64,000 bases of DNA from a virus: the IMG/VR virus record IMGVR_UViG_3300047472_000449, one strand, 5' to 3'. The notes below the pieces were generated by a model that made no database searches, was not told the origin of the DNA, and saw only the letters and a list, made by a program, of their open reading frames with translations. Below, piece after piece: positions 56,610 to 64,000 of the stretch. How positions within the stretch are numbered: the stretch's first letter is position 1; the number at the start of each line of letters is the position of its first letter. A program made the translations under genes and the position numbers.

Positions 56610-57755
56610 ATGAACACGAAAAAGATCACCGGCAGCCTGTTGGCTGCCCTGCTGGCCAGCAGCACCGTGGTGAACACCGCCCAAGCGGATGCCACGGTTA
56701 CTGCGATCATTCTTCCTATGGTGACCGAAATGATGGTTAACGATAAAAACAAAGCGGCTGAAGCGCCTGAGGCGTCAGCAGAGCGAAAGAGCACCCTGAC
56801 CCCACCTGAGCATGTGCGCCGCGAGGATCAAACGCTGCTGACGATCCCAGAGTGGTTCCTGGTACATAGTCCGAAGGAGTACGCCAATTACATCAAGGCC
56901 GAGCGACCTTCGCGCTTCCCGTTCTTTGGTCACATTCGCCAGTTCTGGAGCACCTACGCCGCCGTCCACAAGGCCACCAAGGATCGCTACAGCTTTAATT
57001 TCGAATACCATGCGGTCGTCATGACCATCGGTATCAGCACCACTGTGGAATACGCCATCAAGGGCGCCTATGAGGCAGTGTTCGGCGCCTTGACCGAACG
57101 GCGTGAGCCCAAAGCCTACCGCACTGCCGAAGACGAATACGCAGCAAAAATCGCCCGTGATTACGTGAATTTTATTGTGGTTGATCCCTGGTACAAGTTC
57201 GACTTCATGGCGGCATTCAACGGCCTATGGGATCTGCCAAAAGAAGGCGAACACCGAGTGCGCAAGTGGGAGCGCCGCTTTGCACTCTCCGCTGAATACC
57301 TCGCCAAGTCCGGCTATGCCTGGGTGATCAAAAAGACCACCCAAGCCAGCTTTGATCCGCCCAAACCGGTCACTGCTGTGGTGGCACGTTTCAAAACAAA
57401 GCCTTCGCCTCAGCAGGTGCCCGGTATGACGGTGCTCAAGCAGATCGATGCTCATCGTTATCTGATCACCCTGCCCCGTTACCAAGCTTTTTCAGACAGT
57501 GCTGTTGCTCTGGCTCGGGCTGGCGCCGACTTTGAGGAAATCGCGGGCAACAATGAGTTCATTGTGCTCAGCGTCCTCACCAAAAGCGACTTCGATGAAT
57601 CGAAAATGGGGGCCAGCGTGGTGCTGCGCCAGCCAATTATCACTGTTCCAGGCATGGAACGCGTGGTGTTTCGTGTGCCGATCAGCGAGTTGTCTACGGC
57701 ACTCATCAAGGCCCGCCATGCAGGCTATAACATCGAACACATCTACGATTTCTAA
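56610..57755 (+). CDS. Exported partner protein of the FAD oxidoreductase
   Basis: Starts 5 nt after the upstream stop; signal peptide ending AQA; EDQTLLTIPEWFLVHSP.EY motif. Confidence 0.8.
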   Translation: MNTKKITGSLLAALLASSTVVNTAQADATVTAIILPMVTEMMVNDKNKAAEAPEASAERKSTLTPPEHVRREDQTLLTIPEWFLVHSPKEYANYIKAERPSRFPFFGHIRQFWSTYAAVHKATKDRYSFNFEYHAVVMTIGISTTVEYAIKGAYEAVFGALTERREPKAYRTAEDEYAAKIARDYVNFIVVDPWYKFDFMAAFNGLWDLPKEGEHRVRKWERRFALSAEYLAKSGYAWVIKKTTQASFDPPKPVTAVVARFKTKPSPQQVPGMTVLKQIDAHRYLITLPRYQAFSDSAVALARAGADFEEIAGNNEFIVLSVLTKSDFDESKMGASVVLRQPIITVPGMERVVFRVPISELSTALIKARHAGYNIEHIYDF

Positions 57756-57776
57756 GGCGAAATACCTGCAATTCCT

Positions 57777-57816
57777 TGTCAATGGCATTGACTATTGACC
57801 GTCGGGCGGGTATAAT
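57777..57816 (+). promoter_or_regulatory. Promoter with operator
   Basis: TGTCAAT-GGC-ATTGACT; TTGACT-17-TATAAT. Confidence 0.75.
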
Positions 57817-57845
57817 GATCACCTATCAAAGACAAGGAGTTTGCC

Positions 57846-58007
57846 ATGGAAATCGTACTGTACGTCTTGGCCATGTTCGGCGGCTCGCTTCAGTATGAGC
57901 CAGTGTTTTTCTGGTCGGTCATGTCGGCCATTGTGGTCGGCGCCATCGCGGTCTATGTCCTGACCGGGCGCCTGTTGCAAAAAACTCGCAAGTCGAAAGC
58001 GGCGTAA
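57846..58007 (+). CDS. 53 aa membrane peptide (not in ORF track)
   Basis: MEIVLYVLAMFGGSLQYEPVFFWSVMSAIVVGAIAVYVLTGRLLQKTRKSKAA; AAGGAG RBS. Confidence 0.7.
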   Translation: MEIVLYVLAMFGGSLQYEPVFFWSVMSAIVVGAIAVYVLTGRLLQKTRKSKAA

Positions 58008-58043
58008 GCTCTCGACTTCCTTAATCGGTGTTACCATCACCGT

Positions 58044-58195
58044 AGGGCGGTTACAGGGGTCTGCATCAGGAATGAACAGATCGCGCCCGGCTACTGTGAT
58101 GAGCAGTTCGGCCATGCCGAGGTAACAGCTTCCTGCCCTGCCCCTCACCGGGCAGCAGAACCCTGAAGATGCAAACGTCTTCAGGGTTGTTTTTT
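58044..58195 (+). ncRNA. Candidate structured ncRNA, copy 1
   Basis: Extended -10 TGTTACCAT 7 nt upstream; conserved stems; own terminator 58159-58195. Confidence 0.65.
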
Positions 58196-58286
58196 GTCCT
58201 CTGTTTGGGTTTTACCTGAGTATTTAACGACCATTGACCGGTAGACGACCCATCTATTATCTGAAGATTGGTGCTAAGCTACTGAT

Positions 58287-58422
58287 AGGGCGGCTTCAGG
58301 GGGTCGAAAGATCGCGCCCAGCTGCTGTGATAAGCAGTTCGTCAATGACGAGGTGACAGCTTCCTGATCAACCCTAGGCAGGGTGACAGTGCCCCGGAGG
58401 TGGAAACGCCTTCGGGGCTTTT
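58287..58422 (+). ncRNA. Candidate structured ncRNA, copy 2
   Basis: Extended -10 TGCTAAGCT 7 nt upstream; compensatory change versus copy 1; terminator 58391-58422. Confidence 0.65.
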
Positions 58423-58515
58423 AATGCCTTGAATTTGAGTTTTAACGTTGGAGCAGATAGTTAATCCGCTCATTGCCAACTAAAGTCAGATGATCAAAGA
58501 CGCCGTTCCCAGTAG

Positions 58516-58710
58516 GTGATGATTATGGAGAATCAGACATTCAACCAGTGGCTGCATGAGGGTAATCGTTATGAGGCGCTACAGGACGTTTACTTCGAAG
58601 ACCGACTTGGGCCTGGGAATGACTTTTTGAAGTGGGCTCAGGCCATGTACTGCGCCAAGCAGGCGCTGCTCAGTGATGGACAAAAGGCGCCACCATGGCC
58701 ATTCAATTAA
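58516..58710 (+). CDS. Small hypothetical protein
   Basis: 64 aa ORF. Confidence 0.55.
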   Translation: MMIMENQTFNQWLHEGNRYEALQDVYFEDRLGPGNDFLKWAQAMYCAKQALLSDGQKAPPWPFN

Positions 58711-58756
58711 ATGGCCACAGAACAGCGACAAGGGATAACCAGGACGGCGCCCTCGC

Positions 58757-59251
58757 CTACTTGCGGTCTTCCTGCTGAGAACGCTGGTGAATCAACGCTT
58801 CCAGCTCATTCAGCGTGTTCTCAGCCTCAATCACCAAGGGATGTCGTTCGCGTGGTTCCGGGGCAGGAAACAGCGCAGGGAAGATCTTCGGAAACTTCCA
58901 GACCAGCAGGCCGATACTCACAACCCCGACCGTCGAAGCACTGACCAGCCAGTTGGGGGCGACATCGTTTTGAATTATCCCGAACAGGTGGCCGATGAAA
59001 AACGTCACCAGTCCGATGAGAGTGGCCAGAACGCCACCCCCAATGATCAGGATGGTGACGGTCATGCAGATGAATGCCAGCAATTCTTTAGCGACATCGA
59101 CCGGGTATTTGCTGGAATATTGGCCACAGGTGCCGACAGTGTGGAACTTCTGGCAGTCCTTGCACTTTGGCGTATGAAAGTCCTGTTTCAGGAGGCGCCA
59201 CCGCCGAGCGATTGCGGCATGAACTTTCGGGGTAAATTGGTCGGTATTCAT
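58757..59251 (-). CDS. Membrane protein with CxxC...C motif
   Basis: CKDCQKFHTVGTC; two or three TM segments. Confidence 0.65.
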   Translation of the reverse strand: MNTDQFTPKVHAAIARRWRLLKQDFHTPKCKDCQKFHTVGTCGQYSSKYPVDVAKELLAFICMTVTILIIGGGVLATLIGLVTFFIGHLFGIIQNDVAPNWLVSASTVGVVSIGLLVWKFPKIFPALFPAPEPRERHPLVIEAENTLNELEALIHQRSQQEDRK

Positions 59252-59354
59252 GTAAACCCTCAGCGTGATCCTTTAATTTAATTATGCAACAAAGCCCGGC
59301 AGATTGCTCTGTCGGGCTTGGTGCTGGTGCAGCCTTTTGAGCTGCATTTGCAGC

Positions 59355-59726
59355 TTATTTGGCAGCAAACTCAGCCAGCGAAGCCTTGGCTGTTTCCATG
59401 GTGTCAAACGGCCCCGACACGTTTTCTTGCTGGGCGATGTTGAATACAAAAAACGGGCCTGTGGTGCATCCGCTCTCCAGTACATCTTCGTCGTTGGTGC
59501 CGTCGATGCACAGTGCTTGAGCCTTGAGGTTGTAGGCAAAGCTGCCATCGTTTGGAATCGCCAGCAGCGAGCAATGCATCTGCCGAAGGGCATCCTGCAC
59601 AGCTTCAAGCGTCTCGTATTGTTCAGGCAAGGCCTTTTGCAGCGTCAGGTTGAACAGTGCGTACGGAGCCCCCGTCCCGGTAATGGTCAACTGTTCGCAG
59701 AAACGATTGCAGTAGATATTGGACAT
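59355..59726 (-). CDS. Hypothetical protein
   Basis: 123 aa ORF. Confidence 0.6.
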   Translation of the reverse strand: MSNIYCNRFCEQLTITGTGAPYALFNLTLQKALPEQYETLEAVQDALRQMHCSLLAIPNDGSFAYNLKAQALCIDGTNDEDVLESGCTTGPFFVFNIAQQENVSGPFDTMETAKASLAEFAAK

Positions 59727-59766
59727 GAGAATGCAGGCCTTTGTGAAGAGAGGAATGGGCTACCGA

Positions 59767-60132
59767 TCAGGGTTGGCTGGCGACGGGCATCATGGGTGCA
59801 TTGAAGAACGAGTTCACTTCGGTAAAACCGGCATCCCGGTAACACTGCCACCACGCTTCCACTTCAGCCGTGGCACTTGAGGATTGATCAGTCATGTCTC
59901 GCAGTCCATTGCGCAGATCAATTGCCAGCAAGGCGCAGGCCTTGAAAGCAGCCTCCGGTTTTAGATCATCCTTGGACAGCACCACAAGCGCAGTCTCATG
60001 TCGTGATCGTACATAGTGGAAGGCGCCAGCGGGAAGCTCGCCGCTCATGTACTCTTTATGTGCGGCAGCAAGATTCACATCCAGAATCGGCATGACGCTG
60101 GTAAGGCTGATTTTCAGAGCTTGAATATCCAT
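59767..60132 (-). CDS. Hypothetical protein
   Basis: 121 aa; AGGAG RBS. Confidence 0.65.
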   Translation of the reverse strand: MDIQALKISLTSVMPILDVNLAAAHKEYMSGELPAGAFHYVRSRHETALVVLSKDDLKPEAAFKACALLAIDLRNGLRDMTDQSSSATAEVEAWWQCYRDAGFTEVNSFFNAPMMPVASQP

Positions 60133-60318
60133 GACCTACTCCTGATAGCCTTCCCGCAAGGCTGGACTGATACCGCACACCGAAATCCGAAGCGCTGATT
60201 TAATGTGTGTAGTTTAACAGCAAGCCAAGCCATTGTCAATGGCAATGACTATTCTGGGCGTATTTGTACAAGGCCCTACAGCGTGATCTGGCGGGCCTTG
60301 TTCGATTTCTGCGCCAGC

Positions 60319-60918
60319 TTAGGCGGCTTTTTGCAGTGCCTCGAAGTCATCATGGGTGATGGTCAGGCGGCGCAGTTCAAAACCGTCATGCTCGACATGC
60401 TTGGCGGTCTTGATCATGAAGTAATCGTCAATCGCTTTGAGGGTCAGCTTGACGCTTGCCGCTTGCTTGTCGGTAGTGCCTTCATGGCGCACCAACACGA
60501 TGTCGATGTATTCGGAACCCGATGCGCTCGGCACAGGCTGGTAATGCAGGACGAAGTTCTCTTGGTCGAAGCGCTCTGGCCATGTTTTGTTGGTCACAGC
60601 GGCGATGCCGAAAGTGTAGCCTTCCGGTGCCTGGATGGTGTCTTTGACGCCTTTGCCAAAGCACAGAGTGTCCACCAGCTTCAATTGCGCTTGATCGACA
60701 ATGACTTGCGAGTCTTGCCATTTCTTCATGCGCGCCTCATCCGCTAGGGTGGCGAGGCGGTAGCCATCGAAGAGCTGATTCATTTCGGCGTCAGAGTAGC
60801 CATCAGCGGTACGGAAACGGTCGAAGGTCTGCGGGTCGAAACGACCCATCAAATTGCAGTCGGCTTCAAATCGTTCGTGAATGGTGCTCATGGCGGGCAT
60901 CCTTTTCAGGTCGGACAT
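60319..60918 (-). CDS. Hypothetical protein
   Basis: 199 aa ORF. Confidence 0.7.
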   Translation of the reverse strand: MSDLKRMPAMSTIHERFEADCNLMGRFDPQTFDRFRTADGYSDAEMNQLFDGYRLATLADEARMKKWQDSQVIVDQAQLKLVDTLCFGKGVKDTIQAPEGYTFGIAAVTNKTWPERFDQENFVLHYQPVPSASGSEYIDIVLVRHEGTTDKQAASVKLTLKAIDDYFMIKTAKHVEHDGFELRRLTITHDDFEALQKAA

Positions 60919-60974
60919 ATCATGTCCAGGCTGGCGTTCGCGGTGATGGTTATCAACTCGCGGGGAATGGGATA

Positions 60975-61014
60975 ATTATACGCTTCTCGAATGCCATTGT
61001 CAATCATATTGACA
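60975..61014 (-). promoter_or_regulatory. Perfect promoter with perfect operator palindrome
   Basis: TTGACA-17-TATAAT; TGTCAAT-CAT-ATTGACA (60998-61014). Confidence 0.85.
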
Positions 61015-61055
61015 ATAGGCTGGCGCTTTTCTGCGCCAGCCTGACGAGCAAAAAA

Positions 61056-61304
61056 TCAAACCACTCGCATGCTGCTCAGGTCTTCTTCCTCATGGACGCT
61101 AACCGAGTTTTTGTAGTCAAAGAACGCCTTGTGTTTGGTGAAGAATTGCGGCGACATGGTGTTGAAGCCGGTTACTTTGTCACCGCTTTCCCGGTGTGTC
61201 ACACGGGCTTCGATGAACTCACTGTTGCGATGAGTGCGAACCTGATAACCCATGCCTTTCAGCTCTCGGCGGTACTGAGCGAGGGTGATTTCAGTTTTGC
61301 TCAT
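61056..61304 (-). CDS. Hypothetical protein
   Basis: 82 aa; promoter/operator at 61339-61378. Confidence 0.65.
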   Translation of the reverse strand: MSKTEITLAQYRRELKGMGYQVRTHRNSEFIEARVTHRESGDKVTGFNTMSPQFFTKHKAFFDYKNSVSVHEEEDLSSMRVV

Positions 61305-61399
61305 GTCGGCAGTCCTGGTCTTCTATTTGAGAGTGATCATTATACCGTCATTGAAATGAATTGTCAATGCCATTGACGGCAATTTGCCACTATCTCATA

Positions 61400-61598
61400 A
61401 ATAAAAAAAGCCCACAATGTGGGCTCGGTGACTGTTGAATAAGTGCAGCGCGGCCAGTCTTTCCGCCTGCACTAGGGCAATTACCGCGATGGCCCCTCGG
61501 GTGAGTATTTTCAACTAATAATGGCTGAATACACTATACGTACGCACTAAATGCGACCGGTGTGACACATCCGGTTAGACACTTAGAATTGCACCCGT
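61400..61598 (-). ncRNA. Candidate ~200 nt structured ncRNA
   Basis: Extended -10 TGTTATAGT (61605-61613); several hairpins; terminator 61403-61425; no ORF. Confidence 0.4.
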
Positions 61599-61652
61599 CC
61601 TCACACTATAACAATCCTTTAGGATGAACTCCAGACAATTCCATTGTGTCGA

Positions 61653-62150
61653 TTACTTATCGGACAGCCAAGAGAAAAAGCCGTCAATCGTCACTTCATC
61701 ACCCTCAAAATGCCCCAGATCGATGCAGAGCTTTTTCTCGGCGTTTTCCTGGATAGACAGCCAGTGCATAAAGTCTTTTTGTGCTTGCAGGTAATGCGCT
61801 CGCTCGAAAGAGAAAAAGGTTTTGGGCAGGAAGCCGTAGCCGTTTTCCAGCTTGGTTCGCCACTCGACCGAATGCTTCCGGGTCTTGATGTAGATGCCAT
61901 CCCAGATGCTTGCGCAACCCGCGACACCGCAGGAGCAAGAGAATGGTTCAAACAGCGAGAACTGCTGGCGGGTAAAGCCGTCTGGATCATGATTGGCCCA
62001 GTAGTGGGCGATGGAGTAGACATCCACATGGTTCCACTTGATGGCAGTGCCATTGATTTCGAGCGCAACCTTGAGCAGCAACACGTCGGGCATGCTTTCG
62101 ACCGGTTTGAACTCACCGGTAATCTTGATCGTGTCCTGGTTCATGAGCAC
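61653..62150 (-). CDS. Phage-type hypothetical protein (CSCG..GC motif)
   Basis: FEPFSCSCGVAGCASIWDGI. Confidence 0.7.
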   Translation of the reverse strand: MLMNQDTIKITGEFKPVESMPDVLLLKVALEINGTAIKWNHVDVYSIAHYWANHDPDGFTRQQFSLFEPFSCSCGVAGCASIWDGIYIKTRKHSVEWRTKLENGYGFLPKTFFSFERAHYLQAQKDFMHWLSIQENAEKKLCIDLGHFEGDEVTIDGFFSWLSDK

Positions 62151-62328
62151 CCCTTTGGTCTTTGTCTTAATCTGTTGTGTGGGTGTCGATTATAGGCTGC
62201 TTCGCACCAGCAGAACAGTCTTGACGGTCGAAAATCTGACATTATCACTAAATTAATAATGTTTTTATGATTGACAATAAGTGCTCGCAGCGGTATACTG
62301 GCAACCTTCCCAACACGGCGAGGTTGCC

Positions 62329-62547
62329 ATGCAGCATGAACACGATTGCGATGCTTGCATTCCCCTTGGTGAGTTCAAGGAGTTTGACCTGTATTATCAC
62401 CCAGGCAGACACTGGACGCTGATTGGTCGTTTTGGCCCTGATGGTCAGTACACCAGTGGCCCGCATATCAGTGGCAGTGAGCCGTTGATCGAGGCACGCA
62501 AGCGGGCGGCAGAAAAGGGCTTGATCCAGATCGATCAAACCCAGTAA
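62329..62547 (+). CDS. Small hypothetical protein
   Basis: GAGG RBS; promoter TTGACA-17-TATACT at 62271-62299. Confidence 0.65.
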   Translation: MQHEHDCDACIPLGEFKEFDLYYHPGRHWTLIGRFGPDGQYTSGPHISGSEPLIEARKRAAEKGLIQIDQTQ

Positions 62548-62719
62548 CTCCCCCAATCAATATCACCCGCACCGGTTTAAAGCCGACGTGCGGGTTTTTG
62601 CTTTATTGCGCCCCTGAAACCCTGACGCTTAGCCAGCACCTCGTGCCAGCGTATTGCCATTAGACTTTTTCCTCCTATAATTGATTGGTGCGGTAATCAA
62701 TCGTTTCCGGAGGCTTCAT

Positions 62720-63244
62720 ATGCTTAAATATTCCCGTGTCATGGCTGTCCTGGGCCTGCTGGCGCTGTCATCCCATGCCTTTGCGGTCAGCGATGTGGAT
62801 GTGAAGTTCGAAGGCTCCGAGCATTACACCGATGCCGTCCTCTACAGTAATGCATCCGGCAGCAATGTTGATGAGCAAGTGGTGAAGCAGTTTTCAGCCA
62901 CCTTTCAGAAGCTGGGTTCACGCTACCTGAGCGGCGACCAAAAGCTCTACATCGTCATCGAGAATATCGATCTGGCAGGCCGCTTTGATGCGTTCAATCC
63001 CTACGCCAACAGCCCCAGCCGGGTCAGGATCAAAGACCCGGTGAGCTGGCCGCACGTCGCCCTGCGTTATGTGCTGGTGCAGCCAGGGCAGCCTGACGTG
63101 TCCAAAGAAGTGAAGATTGCTGATCAGCAGTATCTGAACCGGGCGGGCGTAAACGCCAGCAGCGATCAGCTCAAGGCGGAAAAGAACATGCTGGGCGATT
63201 GGTTTCGTCGTGAGTTCGGCAACTCATCGGTAACCATGATGTAA
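62720..63244 (+). CDS. DUF3016-like exported protein
   Basis: Signal peptide; V.FE..E.YTD...L.I.IENIDLAGRF...WP...L.Y. Confidence 0.75.
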   Translation: MLKYSRVMAVLGLLALSSHAFAVSDVDVKFEGSEHYTDAVLYSNASGSNVDEQVVKQFSATFQKLGSRYLSGDQKLYIVIENIDLAGRFDAFNPYANSPSRVRIKDPVSWPHVALRYVLVQPGQPDVSKEVKIADQQYLNRAGVNASSDQLKAEKNMLGDWFRREFGNSSVTMM

Positions 63245-63407
63245 CCCCCGCGCCGATTAAACCAAAAAGCCCCTCAATCGAGGGGCTTTTGTTTTCTGTG
63301 ATGGCCACGCCGCTGGCGTGAAGGTGCCAGCCGACGCTTGTTGGGTGCCGAGCTGCTGGTTGATCTCCAGCAATTGCCCACGCTTCTCACCTGACTCGGC
63401 AGAAATC

Positions 63408-63611
63408 TTATGCAGCGGTGCCCGGTACATAGGCAAAGCCAAGCTCTTCACGCTCAGCCTCTTTCCTCAGACGGTACGAGCAGTTCTCCGCGTGCCCTTC
63501 CAGGCGACCGTTAATGGCCGGGGCCGAGCGACGGCATTCGGAGCAGCAGCGGTACGGGTTACCACGCCCCATGCGAGAGGTTTCGTAATCATCAAAGTAA
63601 GTCTGTGACAT
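63408..63611 (-). CDS. Small Cys-containing phage-type protein
   Basis: GRGNPYRCCSEC...INGRLEGHAENC. Confidence 0.6.
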   Translation of the reverse strand: MSQTYFDDYETSRMGRGNPYRCCSECRRSAPAINGRLEGHAENCSYRLRKEAEREELGFAYVPGTAA

Positions 63612-63648
63612 GGGTGATCCTTATCAGAAAGACGGGAAACGCTGGCGA

Positions 63649-63969
63649 TTACAGGTCTGAGGTGCGCAGGTTCCGCACCAGCAACCAGCACAAGACGACG
63701 CTGACCGGGAACAACAGCAGGGTCTTGAACAGCCAGTCACCGATGCCTCTGTACGGCGAATCAACCAGCGCCACGGGAATACCCCAAGCCTCTGGCAAGG
63801 CGCCAAGGCCCAGTTTGAAAAGGGCCATCACACCCACTGCGATGACAAAGTAAAGCAGCAGCGACTGGAGGGTTTCCAGCTTATCGATGGCTTCAACTTC
63901 GGCGGCGTTTGTATAGGTGTTCATGCCAGATCCCTCATCGTGAAAACGGTCATCACCCTGCACGGACAT
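63649..63969 (-). CDS. Small membrane protein
   Basis: Two TM segments; start probably MNTYTN. Confidence 0.55.
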   Translation of the reverse strand: MSVQGDDRFHDEGSGMNTYTNAAEVEAIDKLETLQSLLLYFVIAVGVMALFKLGLGALPEAWGIPVALVDSPYRGIGDWLFKTLLLFPVSVVLCWLLVRNLRTSDL

Positions 63970-64000
63970 TGCTGTCTGATGCGTGCTGCGAATGGTGAGT

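Noticed and set aside
58044-58422. Cobalamin riboswitch, hammerhead or SRP Alu identity for the tandem RNA
   Set aside because: GCCC.GCT.CTGTGA resembles part of the B12 box, but the GGGAA and AG.C.G.AGACC elements are missing and no gene follows the terminator; CUGAUGA/GAAA hammerhead cores are not both present; the Alu-like match on the reverse strand is not conserved in copy 2.
1-64000. Prophage, IS or integron boundaries
   Set aside because: No integrase, transposase, terminal inverted repeats, attC sites or virion structural genes were recognised; phage-like small genes alone do not define an element.

Overview
A 64 kb gene-dense accessory region with no rRNA, no core-chromosome operons, no transposase or integrase and no virion genes. 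It is most likely part of a large extrachromosomal element, either a megaplasmid or a jumbo-phage-like replicon, of a Pseudomonas-like host (inferred from the tmRNA tag, HU, and MqsA/HigA-like proteins). Recognisable genes are few: ugd, HU, a complete tmRNA, an R2K-type ATP-grasp, a DarG-like macrodomain, orphan HigA- and MqsA-like antitoxins, a solo DUF262, an FAD-oxidase/methyltransferase fusion with a partner, DUF2591 and DUF3016. Four patterns that standard annotation would miss stand out. (1) Six paralogous secreted peptide genes share a C-terminal motif T[RK]PxNL[DNE][WA][ED]LRNR; two of them are absent from the ORF track. (2) Four secreted Cys/Trp-rich repeat proteins with 2, 2, 5 and 11 modules; at both loci they sit tail-to-tail with a peptide gene. 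(3) About 35 near-consensus sigma70 promoters, about 24 of which embed the -35 in a 17-bp quasi-palindrome TGTCAAY-N3-AWTKACW, suggesting one master regulon. (4) Several promoter- and terminator-bounded structured non-coding units, including a tandem pair at 58.0-58.4 kb with compensatory base changes. All family assignments are from motif recognition by eye; no searches were run.
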